Part shown: positions 1-10,225 of the stretch, one piece after another
Position numbering within the stretch: the stretch's first letter is position 1
How the letters are laid out: each line of letters starts with the position of its first letter
DNA from: an uncultured Pelagibacteraceae bacterium
Lineage (GTDB): Bacteria; Pseudomonadota; Alphaproteobacteria; Pelagibacterales; AG-422-B15
DNA length: 64,000 nucleotides
Assembly: GCA_902614655.1 (NCBI GenBank)
Contig: CACMLX010000003.1
Span: 19,554-83,553, forward strand
Direction: 5' to 3'
Notes under the pieces: generated by a model
The model's database searches: none
Told to the model about the DNA's origin: nothing
What the model saw: the letters and a program-made list of their open reading frames with translations, nothing else
Position numbers and translations under genes: made by a program

Positions 1-366
1 TAGTCCGATTTGGTTATTTGCTAAAAATTCATTCGTAAGTTCAGATGTACTCGAAAGATAATAGAACCCAGGTACATCTCTGAAAGTTACACTTTTAGAA
101 TTTAACCAAAATCCAAAATATGAGTCTTTCTTTCTTAATGCAACATCCTCTAGAGGGCCAACAACTTCGATAAGTATGTCACTTTTACTATCTCTTGACT
201 GAGAGGGATCAGAATAAAATGCTCCAAAAACTAGTAGTTCTTCACCCGAAAAATTTGCATCTATATATATTTCTTCCTGGTCTGAGCCAATAACCAGTGC
301 AATTGATATTGAGGGTGTAAGCGTCCCAATTAAAATATAAAATAAGATAATCAATTGTTTTATCAT
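1..366 (-). CDS. Conserved alphaproteobacterial membrane protein (TIGR02186/Alph_Pro_TM-like); N-terminal 122 codons only, gene runs off window start
   Basis: Absent from the ORF track because it has no stop in the window. Manual minus-strand translation from ATG 366-364 stays open to position 1 (MIKQLIILFYILIGTLTPSISIALVIGSDQEEIYIDANFSGEELLVFGAFYSD...VVGPLEDVALRKKDSYFGFWLNSKSVTFRDVPGFYYLSS). TAATG stop/start overlap with the upstream TauE gene. From memory this family usually follows a DUF81 gene in alphaproteobacteria. Confidence 0.55.
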   Translation of the reverse strand, partial: MIKQLIILFYILIGTLTPSISIALVIGSDQEEIYIDANFSGEELLVFGAFYSDPSQSRDSKSDILIEVVGPLEDVALRKKDSYFGFWLNSKSVTFRDVPGFYYLSSTSELTNEFLANNQIGL

Positions 367-1289
367 TAGAAAACTAATCGTATTACAGATAAATTAAAAA
401 TTTCGTTAGGCTCTACTAACAAATCAAGTGCAATCTTAGTTGCAACACCTAATACGATAATAGCCAATAAAGCTCTTATTTCTTCACCTCTTAATTTATT
501 AGCCGCTAATACCCCGACTTGAGCGCCAATAACAGACGAGAGTACTAAAAAGAAAGCTAGTACCGCATCTAAAGCAAACGTAGTAGTTGCATGAAGAATA
601 GTGACTATTGCAGTTATAAAAATAATTTGAAATAATGATGTACCAATTACTTTTGAGGTAGGCATTCCCAAAAAATAAATCATCGCAGGAATTAATATGA
701 ATGCACCACCAATTCCCATTGTTGCTGATAAGATCCCAATTACAAAACCAATAATAATAGGAGGAATAATACTTATGTATAACTTAGATTTATAAAATCT
801 TACTTTGAAAGGCAGTCTATGCGCCCAGTTATGATAATGAATTTTTCGTTTAACACTTTTTCTTCTTATTCTATCTCTTATTACTTTAGAGCTTTCAATC
901 AGCATGGATAAACCTATGCCTGTTAAAAGAGTAAAATATAAAATTGAGATTACAGTATCAATTTGTCCAATCGCAACAAGCTTACTGAATATCCAAACAC
1001 CCAAGATTGATCCAAAGAAGGCACCAATAAGCAATACCCCTCCCATTTTGAAATCTACAAGACCTTGTCTCCAGTGACCCAATGTTCCGGAAATTGAAGA
1101 TGCAACTATCTGGTTTGCCGATGTTGCAACAGCAACATTAGTAGGTATACCTATGAATATTAGTAACGGTGTCATTAAAAAGCCTCCACCTAAACCAAAC
1201 ATGCCAGATAGAAATCCTACAACTCCACCTAAAGACAATAATAGAAAAATGTTAACTGAGAGCTCTGCAATAGGCAGATAAATACTCAT
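366..1289 (-). CDS. TauE/SafE (DUF81) family anion exporter-type membrane protein
   Basis: 307 aa. Internally duplicated polytopic TM protein with Gly-rich helices (LGGGFLMTPLL / MGIGGAFILIPAMIY) typical of DUF81. Confidence 0.85.
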   Translation of the reverse strand: MSIYLPIAELSVNIFLLLSLGGVVGFLSGMFGLGGGFLMTPLLIFIGIPTNVAVATSANQIVASSISGTLGHWRQGLVDFKMGGVLLIGAFFGSILGVWIFSKLVAIGQIDTVISILYFTLLTGIGLSMLIESSKVIRDRIRRKSVKRKIHYHNWAHRLPFKVRFYKSKLYISIIPPIIIGFVIGILSATMGIGGAFILIPAMIYFLGMPTSKVIGTSLFQIIFITAIVTILHATTTFALDAVLAFFLVLSSVIGAQVGVLAANKLRGEEIRALLAIIVLGVATKIALDLLVEPNEIFNLSVIRLVF

Positions 1290-1401
1290 AATTCTAAACT
1301 TTTCAGACTTTCCCCATCAATATGGTTAACAAAATTAGAAATTTGCAATTTATGAGACAAAGGTTATATATATTAAAACTACAATAATTATTCTTAAACC
1401 T

Positions 1402-3171
1402 ATGTCGTACAAAAGTCCAATAGAAGATTTCAAATACAATCTGGATATGCTTAACTACAATGAGGTCATCGCTGGCATAGAGAAGTTCAAGGAATATGAC
1501 TCCGAAACACTCATGAGCGTTGTGTCTGAAATAGGGCGTCTTAATGAGCAAGAAGTACTAGATAGTAATAAAATTGGTGACAGAGAAGGCTTAAAATATG
1601 TAACTGATGGAGAAGAAGGTCCTGAAGTTCATACCCCTGAAAGATTTAAAAAATTGTATGATGCAGTAAAGTCGTCAGGCTATGTTGGTGCTACTATGCC
1701 CACTCAATACGGTGGCGGTGGAGCACCGTTTACGACTGCCATACTTGCAGGTGAGATTGGTATAGCTGCTAATATGGCATTCTATATGGGTCCAGGATTA
1801 AGTCATGGAGCAATGAAGACCATCTTAAAAAAAGCTACAGAGGAACTTAAAGATAAATATTTACCTAACATGACTTCTGGTGAGTGGATGGGTACTATGT
1901 GCCTGACAGAACCACAATGCGGAACTGATCTTGGCTTAATAAAATCAACTGCAGTTCCTAAAGATGATCACTATGAATTAACAGGACAAAAAATTTGGAT
2001 TTCATTTGGTGAACATGACTTAACAGAAAATATTATTCATCTTGTGCTTGCAAGAACACCAGATGCACCTGAGGGTATTAAAGGAATAAGTTTATTTCTT
2101 GTACCAAAGAGACTGGACGATAACTCTCGAAATACAATTTATTGTGGCGGCTTAGAACATAAGCTTGGAATTAATTCTTCGCCAACTTGCGTTATGAACC
2201 TTGAAAATGCAAAAGGTTGGCTTGTTGGAGAAAAAAACAAAGGTATGGAAGCAATGTTTCTGATGATGAATGATGCACGTTTAAAAGTTGGACTCCAAGG
2301 TATAGCAATGTCTGAGATCTCATATCAAAACGCCCTGGAATTTGCTAAAGAAAGAAAACAAATGAGGTCAGTTGTTAAGGATAAGCAAGACAAAGATAGT
2401 AAAGCTGACAATATAATCGTCCATCCTGATGTAAGAAGAATGTTAATGAATGTTAAAGCAACAACTGAAGCAATGCGTGCATTATGCATTTATACAGCAA
2501 TGAAAATTGATCTTGCAGAAGATCATCCCGATGAAAAAGTAAGGCAGGAAGCTGATGATTTTGCTGCATTGATGACACCAATAATTAAAGCTTACTGCAC
2601 TGATAGAGGTTTTTTAAATTGCTCAGAATCTTTACAAGTCTTAGGAGGTAGTGGTTTTACAAAAGAATATCCTCTCGAGCAGTATATGCGTGATGTAAGA
2701 ATTACAATGATATATGAGGGTACAAATGGCATTCAAGCGTTAGACCTAGTTGGCAGAAAATTAACAATGCACCAGGGACGGTTGTTACAAAATTTCCAAA
2801 AAGAAGTGCAAAAATTTCTTTCTGAAAATAAAGATAATGAGGAAATATCATCATTTATAAAACCGCTCGAGAATGCTCTCAATGAAGTTACTGCATCAAC
2901 AATGTGGTTAATGCAAAACGGTATGCAGGATCCCGAAAATGCTCTTGCTTCTGCTACTGATTACCTAAATTTAGTAGCTCTATCTTCAATGACATATATG
3001 TGGGCACGTATGGCAAAGTTCTCAGTTGGAAAAAATGAACCTATTCATAAAAATAAAATAAAAACTGGAACGTATTTTGTTGAAAAGATTATGCCAGAGC
3101 TAACTATGTACTCAAAAAAAGTGCAAGCAGGCAAGTCATCAATGATGGATATGGAAGTTGCAGAGTTTTAA
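1402..3171 (+). CDS. Long-form acyl-CoA dehydrogenase
   Basis: 589 aa. ACAD motifs CLTEPQCGTDLG and YEGTNGIQALDLVGRK, plus an extra C-terminal helical extension as in long FadE/AcdH-type enzymes. Confidence 0.9.
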   Translation: MSYKSPIEDFKYNLDMLNYNEVIAGIEKFKEYDSETLMSVVSEIGRLNEQEVLDSNKIGDREGLKYVTDGEEGPEVHTPERFKKLYDAVKSSGYVGATMPTQYGGGGAPFTTAILAGEIGIAANMAFYMGPGLSHGAMKTILKKATEELKDKYLPNMTSGEWMGTMCLTEPQCGTDLGLIKSTAVPKDDHYELTGQKIWISFGEHDLTENIIHLVLARTPDAPEGIKGISLFLVPKRLDDNSRNTIYCGGLEHKLGINSSPTCVMNLENAKGWLVGEKNKGMEAMFLMMNDARLKVGLQGIAMSEISYQNALEFAKERKQMRSVVKDKQDKDSKADNIIVHPDVRRMLMNVKATTEAMRALCIYTAMKIDLAEDHPDEKVRQEADDFAALMTPIIKAYCTDRGFLNCSESLQVLGGSGFTKEYPLEQYMRDVRITMIYEGTNGIQALDLVGRKLTMHQGRLLQNFQKEVQKFLSENKDNEEISSFIKPLENALNEVTASTMWLMQNGMQDPENALASATDYLNLVALSSMTYMWARMAKFSVGKNEPIHKNKIKTGTYFVEKIMPELTMYSKKVQAGKSSMMDMEVAEF

Positions 3172-4359
3172 TTAAGATCTATATCCCAATTGTCTTGCAG
3201 CTAGATCGTACATTATTTCTTCTGATCCACCGCCAATAGCATTTACTCTTACTTCTCTATAAATTCTCTCAACTTTTCCAGGCCCGCTATTAGCTCGAAG
3301 GTATCCTGCGCCACCAAGTATTTGCATTGCTTCTCTTGCACATAGTTCCATCGCCTTACTTGCGTGTACTTTCAGCATTGCCAAGTCTGCAATTGGGCTT
3401 TCACCATTCATTACTCTCCAAGATAGCAATTCTGTCCATGCTCTTGATGTTTTAACCGCTCTGTTCATGTCAACGAGTTTATGTTTTATCACTTGATTAT
3501 CAATCAACGGCTTACCAAATGTTTTTCGCTCTTTTGCCCAAGCTACTGCTTCATCAATACAAATTTGAGAGTATGCATTCATACCAGCTGCCATACCAAG
3601 TCTTTCTTGACTGAAGTTACTCATTACGCCGATCCAGCCACTGTTTTCTCCACCAATCAAATTTTCTACAGGTACTTTACAATTATCAAAATAAAGTACA
3701 GCTGTATCAGAGCTTAGCCATCCCATTTTTTTTAGAGGTGTTTGCGTGAAGCCAGGCGTATCCTTTTCAATAACCAGAACTGATATTCCTGTAGCACCTT
3801 CACCACCAGTTCTTACTCCAACTACATATGTATCAGCACGCATTCCACTTGTAATGAACATTTTTGAGCCATTAACAATGAAATGGTCTCCTTTTCTAAC
3901 TGCTTTAGTTTTCAAACTTGCAACATCTGATCCTCCCGAAGGTTCTGTCATTGCAAGAGCTGCTATTTTTTCCCCTCTTACTACTGGGGGAATAAATTTT
4001 TCTTTTTGTTCTTCTGTGCCCAAAGATTGTATCAATGGTATTGCAATGTTATGCGATAAAAGACTTGCTGAAACACCGCCACATCCATGGGCGAATTCCT
4101 CAGCTGTTACGATTCCGTGAAAGATGTCAATGCCTTCTGTAGTACCGCCATACTTTTCATCATAGCCCATTCCCATTAGACCTACATCGGCGGCTTTTTT
4201 ATAGAGTTCTCTTGGGAACTCACCAGCTTCTTCCCATTCTTCAACAAAAGGAGCTATTTCCTTTGAAACAAATTTTCTTACTTCCTCTCTCCATGCATGA
4301 TGAGATTCATTATAAAAAAGAGGTTCTTTACCCTCAGAAATTCCAACTTTTGGTATCAT
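3172..4359 (-). CDS. Acyl-CoA dehydrogenase (short/medium-chain size class)
   Basis: 395 aa. Contains MTEPSGGSDVASL and QILGGAGY, with canonical ACAD length and layout. Confidence 0.9.
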   Translation of the reverse strand: MIPKVGISEGKEPLFYNESHHAWREEVRKFVSKEIAPFVEEWEEAGEFPRELYKKAADVGLMGMGYDEKYGGTTEGIDIFHGIVTAEEFAHGCGGVSASLLSHNIAIPLIQSLGTEEQKEKFIPPVVRGEKIAALAMTEPSGGSDVASLKTKAVRKGDHFIVNGSKMFITSGMRADTYVVGVRTGGEGATGISVLVIEKDTPGFTQTPLKKMGWLSSDTAVLYFDNCKVPVENLIGGENSGWIGVMSNFSQERLGMAAGMNAYSQICIDEAVAWAKERKTFGKPLIDNQVIKHKLVDMNRAVKTSRAWTELLSWRVMNGESPIADLAMLKVHASKAMELCAREAMQILGGAGYLRANSGPGKVERIYREVRVNAIGGGSEEIMYDLAARQLGYRS

Positions 4360-5204
4360 AATATTTCACTCACTCCATTTTTAATTACTATTTTATCACG
4401 TTCTTTTACTTTGCACTGATAATAAACATTATTACCATCTTTCCACATTTCTGTAACTATTGTTTCTCCAGGATATACAGGTGAAGAAAAACGACAATCA
4501 AATCTTTTAAGTTTCTTTACATCTTTATCGCAGACACTTTCAATAATTGATCTGCATGCGATACCGTATGTGCACATGCCATGTAGAATTGGCCGTTCAA
4601 AACCAGCAGACTTTGCAAAATTTGGATCAGAGTGCAATGGGTTGTAATCACCTGAAAGTCTAAAAATTAATGCTTGATCAGTTTTGGTATTTATTTCATG
4701 CACATAATCTGGTTTACCCTCGGGTCTTACTAATTCTTTTTTTGGAGACTCAGGTCCACCAAAGCCCCCATCCCCCCTAGCGAATGTTGTACTAACGAGC
4801 TTACAGATTTCCGTATTATCTTTTTTAAGATTTACAGTTGTTTCAACCTCAATAACTGCACCTTTACCAGGACCTTTATCATAACAACCTATAACTCTAG
4901 CGTTAGTTACAAAATCTCCTGAGACAGGTAAAGGATTGGTTATCGATAATCTCTGTTCACCATGAACAACCATAATGAAATTAATATTTGTCTTCAGCAA
5001 TAATGGTGAGTGATATTGAAAATTAGTAGCCATTGACGGCAATGCAATTTGTGAATTTTCATAGACAAACTTTAATTCATCTACATTCATTGGGTCATTT
5101 CCAAGACCGACGCCTAGACTATAGAGAATTGAGTCTTTATCAGTATAGGAAACTTCAATGTTTTCTGAAGTCATGGACATTATTTCTTCGTAATTAATAG
5201 ACAT
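4356..5204 (-). CDS. MaoC-like (R)-specific enoyl-CoA hydratase/dehydratase, double hot-dog
   Basis: 282 aa. C-terminal MaoC motif YNPLHSDPNFAKSAGFERPILHGM. 4-nt overlap with the downstream ACAD gene. Confidence 0.85.
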   Translation of the reverse strand: MSINYEEIMSMTSENIEVSYTDKDSILYSLGVGLGNDPMNVDELKFVYENSQIALPSMATNFQYHSPLLLKTNINFIMVVHGEQRLSITNPLPVSGDFVTNARVIGCYDKGPGKGAVIEVETTVNLKKDNTEICKLVSTTFARGDGGFGGPESPKKELVRPEGKPDYVHEINTKTDQALIFRLSGDYNPLHSDPNFAKSAGFERPILHGMCTYGIACRSIIESVCDKDVKKLKRFDCRFSSPVYPGETIVTEMWKDGNNVYYQCKVKERDKIVIKNGVSEIL

Positions 5205-5279
5205 TTTTTATGTATTTCTCTAATTTTTAAATGTATATATACTTTATATAGATCACTTATCTAAAGCGAGGAAAAAAAC

Positions 5280-6131
5280 ATGCCAAAACCCTTTGATGTT
5301 GAAATAAATAATTCAATTGCTCATATCAGGTTCAATAGGCCTGAAAAAAGAAATTCAATGAACGAGGATTTTTGGAGATTATTTCCAAAGGAAGTTGAAG
5401 AGCTGGATGATAGTGGTGAGATTAGAGCTTTAATTGTATCTTCCACGGGACCACACTTTTCTGCGGGAATAGATTTAAGCATGTTTAAAGATGATGTTGT
5501 CGAACACGAAACAAATCAGGAGCTTGGCAGAAGTAGGGGGTATTTTATTCAACAGTTAAAGTTTCTGCAACGTGCCGCTTCATGTTTGGAGGATGCGAGA
5601 TTTCCGGTTGTTGCTGCTGTTCAAGGAGGCTGTATTGGTGGAGGTATCGATTTAATCACCGCCGCTGATATAAGACTTTGTACAAAAGATGCATTTTTTT
5701 TAATTGAGGAAATAAATGTAGGTTTAGCAGCAGATATAGGAACGATCCAAAGATTACCAAAAATTATACCTGCTGGTATAGCGCGTGAGTGGACTATGAT
5801 GGGAGAAAAGGTATCTGCTGAAAGAGCCAAAGAGGTTGGTCTTGTAAGCTCTTTACATGAAAGTCATGAAGAAATGATTGATAGTGCTTTTGAAATGGCT
5901 GAAAAATTAGCAACAAAAACACCACTTGCGATGTGGGTTACAAAAGAAGTTCTTAATTATTCAAGAGATCACTCTGTTAAAGAAGGTCTAGATAATGTAG
6001 CGCTTTGGAATGCAGCTACGCTTCATAAAGAAGATGTAATGACTACAATGATGTCAAAAATGCAAAAGAAAAAGCCAGAGTATAGAAATTTAAGAGATAA
6101 AAATTTCTTGAAACATAAATCAAGTAAATAG
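5280..6131 (+). CDS. Enoyl-CoA hydratase/isomerase (crotonase) family protein
   Basis: 283 aa. Crotonase oxyanion-hole regions FSAGIDL and GGCIGGGIDLITAAD. Confidence 0.9.
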   Translation: MPKPFDVEINNSIAHIRFNRPEKRNSMNEDFWRLFPKEVEELDDSGEIRALIVSSTGPHFSAGIDLSMFKDDVVEHETNQELGRSRGYFIQQLKFLQRAASCLEDARFPVVAAVQGGCIGGGIDLITAADIRLCTKDAFFLIEEINVGLAADIGTIQRLPKIIPAGIAREWTMMGEKVSAERAKEVGLVSSLHESHEEMIDSAFEMAEKLATKTPLAMWVTKEVLNYSRDHSVKEGLDNVALWNAATLHKEDVMTTMMSKMQKKKPEYRNLRDKNFLKHKSSK

Positions 6132-6154
6132 TATTTTTAATAAATTAAATTTTA

Positions 6155-7024
6155 ATGAGATTTAAAAAAGGCATTATTCTCGCTGCCGGCAAGGGAACTC
6201 GACTTTCGCCTGCAACAAAAGTAACAGTGAAGCCTCTTCTGCCTTTATATGATAAACCTTTACTTTATTATGCGTTATCAAACTTAATTAAGGCTGGTGT
6301 TCGCGAGGTGCTGTTTATATCTCAAAAGAAAGATATACCAGAATTTAGAAAACTATTTGGCTCGGGAAAACAGCTTGGCATGAAATTCAATTACACATTT
6401 CAAAAAAAACAAGTTGGAATTCCTGATGCTGTTAATATTGCTAAAAAATTTATTAACAAAAAACCATTTGTTTTGGCCTTAGCTGATAATTTATTTGTTG
6501 GTAAGAGCTTCACATCAACTTTAAAAAAAGTTCAGTCGCTCAAGGATGGAGCTGCTGTTTTAGCTGTAAAAACAAAATATCCACACAAATCAGCAGTTAT
6601 TGAATACGATAGAGAAAAAAATATAAAATCAATTATTGAGAAACCAAAAAAACCAAAGAGTAATCTCACAATACCTGGTCTTTATTTTTACGATAAAGAC
6701 TCTATATCAACTGTTAAGAATTTAAAGCCCTCTAAAAGAAAAGAATTAGAAATAGTTGATGTTCATCAATCTTATTTAAGAAAGAATCTCTTAAAAGTTT
6801 TTGCATTAAAAAATGATGTTCAGTGGTTTGATACTGGTGATGCAGAAGAAATGCTTGAAGCCTCAAACTATATTCACAAATATCAAAAAAAGGGAAAAAA
6901 CTTATTTGGATCTATTGAAATGGATTCATATTTAAATGGATGGATTACAAAGAAACAACTTAGAACTCTAATTGATCAGATGCCCAACTCAAAATATAAA
7001 GAGAAATTAAGTTCTCTTGTTTAA
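6155..7024 (+). CDS. Sugar-1-phosphate nucleotidyltransferase (RmlA/RfbA-like)
   Basis: 289 aa. N-terminal GIILAAGKGTRLSPAT nucleotidyltransferase loop. No rmlBCD partners in the window. Confidence 0.7.
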   Translation: MRFKKGIILAAGKGTRLSPATKVTVKPLLPLYDKPLLYYALSNLIKAGVREVLFISQKKDIPEFRKLFGSGKQLGMKFNYTFQKKQVGIPDAVNIAKKFINKKPFVLALADNLFVGKSFTSTLKKVQSLKDGAAVLAVKTKYPHKSAVIEYDREKNIKSIIEKPKKPKSNLTIPGLYFYDKDSISTVKNLKPSKRKELEIVDVHQSYLRKNLLKVFALKNDVQWFDTGDAEEMLEASNYIHKYQKKGKNLFGSIEMDSYLNGWITKKQLRTLIDQMPNSKYKEKLSSLV

Positions 7025-7524
7025 TGTTTGATAAAATTTCATTAATTAATTTATTAGACTCAAAGTCGATTAGTTATAAGATTACTGAACATAAACCGCT
7101 GTTTACAGTCGAAGACTCTAAAAATCTTCGAGGTTCAATTGAAGGAGCACATTCAAAGAATCTTTTTTTGAAAGATAAAAAAAATAATTTTTTTTTAGTA
7201 AGTTTTATTGAGGATATTATTGCTGATTTAAAAAAAGCATCAGTACCTTTAAACTCCAAAAAATTGTCATTTGCAAATGAAGATTATTTAATAAATATTC
7301 TAGGTATCAAACCCGGATCAGTATCTCCATTTGGATTATTGAACGATAAAGAAAAAAAAGTTAAATTTTTCTTTGATCAAGAGTTTATGGAATATGAAAT
7401 TGTGAATTTCCATCCTTTAATTAACACGTCAACAGTGTCAATAGCTCCGAATGACCTGATAAATCTGATTGAACAGCATCATTCAAAAGTCGAATTTATT
7501 AATATGAGAGATTTTCAAAAATGA
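7024..7524 (+). CDS. YbaK/ProX-type aminoacyl-tRNA deacylase domain protein
   Basis: 166 aa. Pattern HSKNLFLKDKK...GSVSPFGL is typical of prolyl-tRNA-synthetase-associated editing domains. Confidence 0.7.
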   Translation: MFDKISLINLLDSKSISYKITEHKPLFTVEDSKNLRGSIEGAHSKNLFLKDKKNNFFLVSFIEDIIADLKKASVPLNSKKLSFANEDYLINILGIKPGSVSPFGLLNDKEKKVKFFFDQEFMEYEIVNFHPLINTSTVSIAPNDLINLIEQHHSKVEFINMRDFQK

Positions 7525-8054
7525 CTCTAAGAAAAGCAAAATTTATTAAAACCAAGAAAAAAATTAAAGCGAATGTTTTTGATTTACATTTTGATGAAGT
7601 TAAATGGGTAAATGGAAATAAAACTGTTAGGGATCTTATAGTACACAATGGCATAACTTGTATTGTTCCAATAATTGATAAGAAATTTATAGTTTTGCTC
7701 AAACAATATCGATACGGATCAGATCAAATTATGCTTGAAGTCCCAGCTGGAACTATTGATCCAGGAGAAAGGCCATTAAGTTGCGCCAAAAGAGAATTAA
7801 TTGAAGAAACTGGTTATCATGGAAAAAATTGGAAAATGATAGGCAAATACTTTTCAACCCCAGCATATAACACTTGCATAGTGCACTGCTATCTAACTCA
7901 TTGCTATAAGAAGAGTGAGACAAATTTTGACGAAGATGAGGTCTTAGAGACAAAAATATATTCAGTCCAAGAAGTGAAAAGACTACTTAAAACAAATAAG
8001 ATTAATGATATGAAAACTTATATCAGCCTTGACCGATTTATGAATTATTATTGA
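7521..8054 (+). CDS. NUDIX hydrolase (ADP-ribose pyrophosphatase-like)
   Basis: 177 aa. Complete Nudix box GTIDPGERPLSCAKRELIEETGY. ATGA overlap with the upstream gene. Confidence 0.9.
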   Translation: MTLRKAKFIKTKKKIKANVFDLHFDEVKWVNGNKTVRDLIVHNGITCIVPIIDKKFIVLLKQYRYGSDQIMLEVPAGTIDPGERPLSCAKRELIEETGYHGKNWKMIGKYFSTPAYNTCIVHCYLTHCYKKSETNFDEDEVLETKIYSVQEVKRLLKTNKINDMKTYISLDRFMNYY

Positions 8055-8485
8055 TTCAATATTTTCCAAATACCTGAGGCAGATAAAATAATTTTATCTT
8101 GTGAGATCAAATTACCCTCAATAAAGACGAGTGATTTCGTAGTTCTTGTAACCTTAGCATCACATTCAACAATATCATCTTGAAGACCTGGACTTACAAA
8201 GTTACAGTTTAGTGAAATAGTACTGCAAGGTTTTTTTCCACATGCAGCGAATACCATAGATCCTAGGAAAATATCTGCTAATGACATAGAGTAGCCACCG
8301 TGTGCAATACCATGAGCATTCAGGTGCTTATCCAAAATTTTAGTAATGAATTTATATTGATTATTTTCTTCTCGTTTAAAATACATTGGTCCAATTAAAA
8401 CATCAAAGCCAGCATGCCATCCAAGTTTTTTGTATCCTTCTGGAACCCAACTTGGAGCTGATATTTCTGTCTTTAACATGACCAT
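8048..8485 (-). CDS. PaaI/hot-dog fold acyl-CoA thioesterase
   Basis: 145 aa. The HLNAHGIAHGGYSMSLADI motif is typical of PaaI-type thioesterases. Confidence 0.8.
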   Translation of the reverse strand: MVMLKTEISAPSWVPEGYKKLGWHAGFDVLIGPMYFKREENNQYKFITKILDKHLNAHGIAHGGYSMSLADIFLGSMVFAACGKKPCSTISLNCNFVSPGLQDDIVECDAKVTRTTKSLVFIEGNLISQDKIILSASGIWKILNQ

Positions 8486-8675
8486 AGAGATTCTCCCTAA
8501 TTCAAAGAATGCGATTTTCTAGACTTCAATTCGGATATGGTCAAGCAGAATAAAGAAAAATATTTGCCAAAATTGAGGGTATTTTTGATGTATTTTTTTA
8601 AATAAAATTAAACTTTTTTTTTTATATAAAAAGTCTATCTTACGGTTTTCTAAATATTTATAAGGGCAATATAGT

Positions 8676-9857
8676 ATGAGAGAAGCTGCAATAATTTCAA
8701 CTGCAAGAACTGGATTAGCAAAAGCTATGAGAGGTGGATTTAACAAAACTCACGGCATTACAATGGGTGGCCATACTGTTAAACATGCTATTGAAAGAGC
8801 AGGAGTTGAAGCTGGCGAAGTAGAAGATGTAATTTTTGGATGCGGACAACCAGAGGGAGCAACGGGTCATAATATTGGAAGAAATGTTGCAATTGCAGGA
8901 GGATGCCCCGTAACTGTGCCAGGTACTACAATAAATCGTTTTTGTTCATCAGGTTTACAATCAATAGCGGTAGCCGCTCAAAGAATTATTGTTGATGGTA
9001 TTAAAGTAGCTATAGGTGGGGGGGTAGAGTCAATCTCAATGACACAGCAAAACATGAACATGAAACACCTTATTGAGCCTGAACTTCAAAAAATTTGTCC
9101 TGCATTATGGATGCCTATGATTAATACTGCTGATGTTGTAGCAGATCGATACAAAGTAAGCAGAGAATACCAAGACGAATATTCACTACAAAGTCAACAA
9201 CGAACAGCTGCAGCTCAAACGGCAGGAAAATTTAAAGACGAGATTGTTCCTTTAACGACAAAAATGGATGTAATGAACAAAGAAACAAAGGAAGTTACAG
9301 AACAAGAAGTAACAGTTGATAAAGATGAGTGTAATCGACCGCAAACAACACTTGAGAGCCTTGCTGGTTTAATGCCAGTTATGGGACCTGATAAATACAT
9401 TACTGCGGGTAATGCTAGTCAGCTGTCAGATGGAGCATCTTCATGTTTGTTAATGGATCTTAAAGAAGCAGAAAAAAGAAATATTGAGCCTATGGGAATT
9501 TTTAGAGGACTTTCTGTTGCAGCTTGTGAGCCCGATGAGATGGGTATAGGACCAGTATTTGCTGTACCAAAACTCCTAGAGCAACACGGCTTAAAGGTAG
9601 ACGATATCGATATATGGGAACTGAACGAAGCATTTGCAGTTCAAGTTTTATACTGTAGAGATAAGCTAGGAATTGATAATGAGAAATTAAATGTTAACGG
9701 AGGATCAATTTCTATTGGACACCCATATGGTATGACCGGCTCTAGAATGACAGGACATATTTTAATTGAAGGTAAGAGACGAAACGCTAAATACGGTGTT
9801 GTAACAATGTGCGTTGGTGGCGGAATGGGAGCAGCAGGTCTTTTTGAGATTTTATGA
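8676..9857 (+). CDS. Acetyl-CoA C-acyltransferase (thiolase)
   Basis: 393 aa. Active-site regions NRFCSSGLQ, GHPYGMTG and CVGGGMGAAG. Confidence 0.95.
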   Translation: MREAAIISTARTGLAKAMRGGFNKTHGITMGGHTVKHAIERAGVEAGEVEDVIFGCGQPEGATGHNIGRNVAIAGGCPVTVPGTTINRFCSSGLQSIAVAAQRIIVDGIKVAIGGGVESISMTQQNMNMKHLIEPELQKICPALWMPMINTADVVADRYKVSREYQDEYSLQSQQRTAAAQTAGKFKDEIVPLTTKMDVMNKETKEVTEQEVTVDKDECNRPQTTLESLAGLMPVMGPDKYITAGNASQLSDGASSCLLMDLKEAEKRNIEPMGIFRGLSVAACEPDEMGIGPVFAVPKLLEQHGLKVDDIDIWELNEAFAVQVLYCRDKLGIDNEKLNVNGGSISIGHPYGMTGSRMTGHILIEGKRRNAKYGVVTMCVGGGMGAAGLFEIL

Positions 9858-10225
9858 TAGATACAATTAAATACATTGAAAAAATAGCACTGGTAATAAT
9901 TATTTTTGCTACAGTTATAGCTATTGGCTATGAAATATATGCAATGTATGAAAAAAACCTCGTTGAACTTGCAGACTTACTTTTATTATTTATTTATCTC
10001 GAAGTTATACAAATGATTAGAGAATATTGGACACTAAATAGAATTAGAATAAGTATACCGCTGTTTATTGCTATTACTGCTGTTGCACGTTTAATAATCT
10101 TACAGGGCAAAACTATGGATCCAAGCATGTTGCTTTACGAGGGTGGTGCTATTTTATTGATTGCCATAGCTGTTCTTATATTAAAAGCAAGAAAGCTTAA
10201 AATATTCACCGATGTTGACGACTAA
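9854..10225 (+). CDS. PsiE-like small integral membrane protein
   Basis: 123 aa, 4 TM. The LLLLFIYLEVIQMIREYW pattern resembles the phosphate-starvation-inducible PsiE family. Confidence 0.5.
   Translation: MIDTIKYIEKIALVIIIFATVIAIGYEIYAMYEKNLVELADLLLLFIYLEVIQMIREYWTLNRIRISIPLFIAITAVARLIILQGKTMDPSMLLYEGGAILLIAIAVLILKARKLKIFTDVDD

Noticed and set aside
1303-1551. 82-aa minus-strand ORF overlapping the start of the long ACAD gene
   Set aside because: It is antisense to a well-supported gene, AT-rich and of low complexity, with no recognisable motif.
3481-4120. Two plus-strand ORFs (78 and 124 aa) inside the 395-aa ACAD gene
   Set aside because: They are antisense shadows of a strongly supported CDS.
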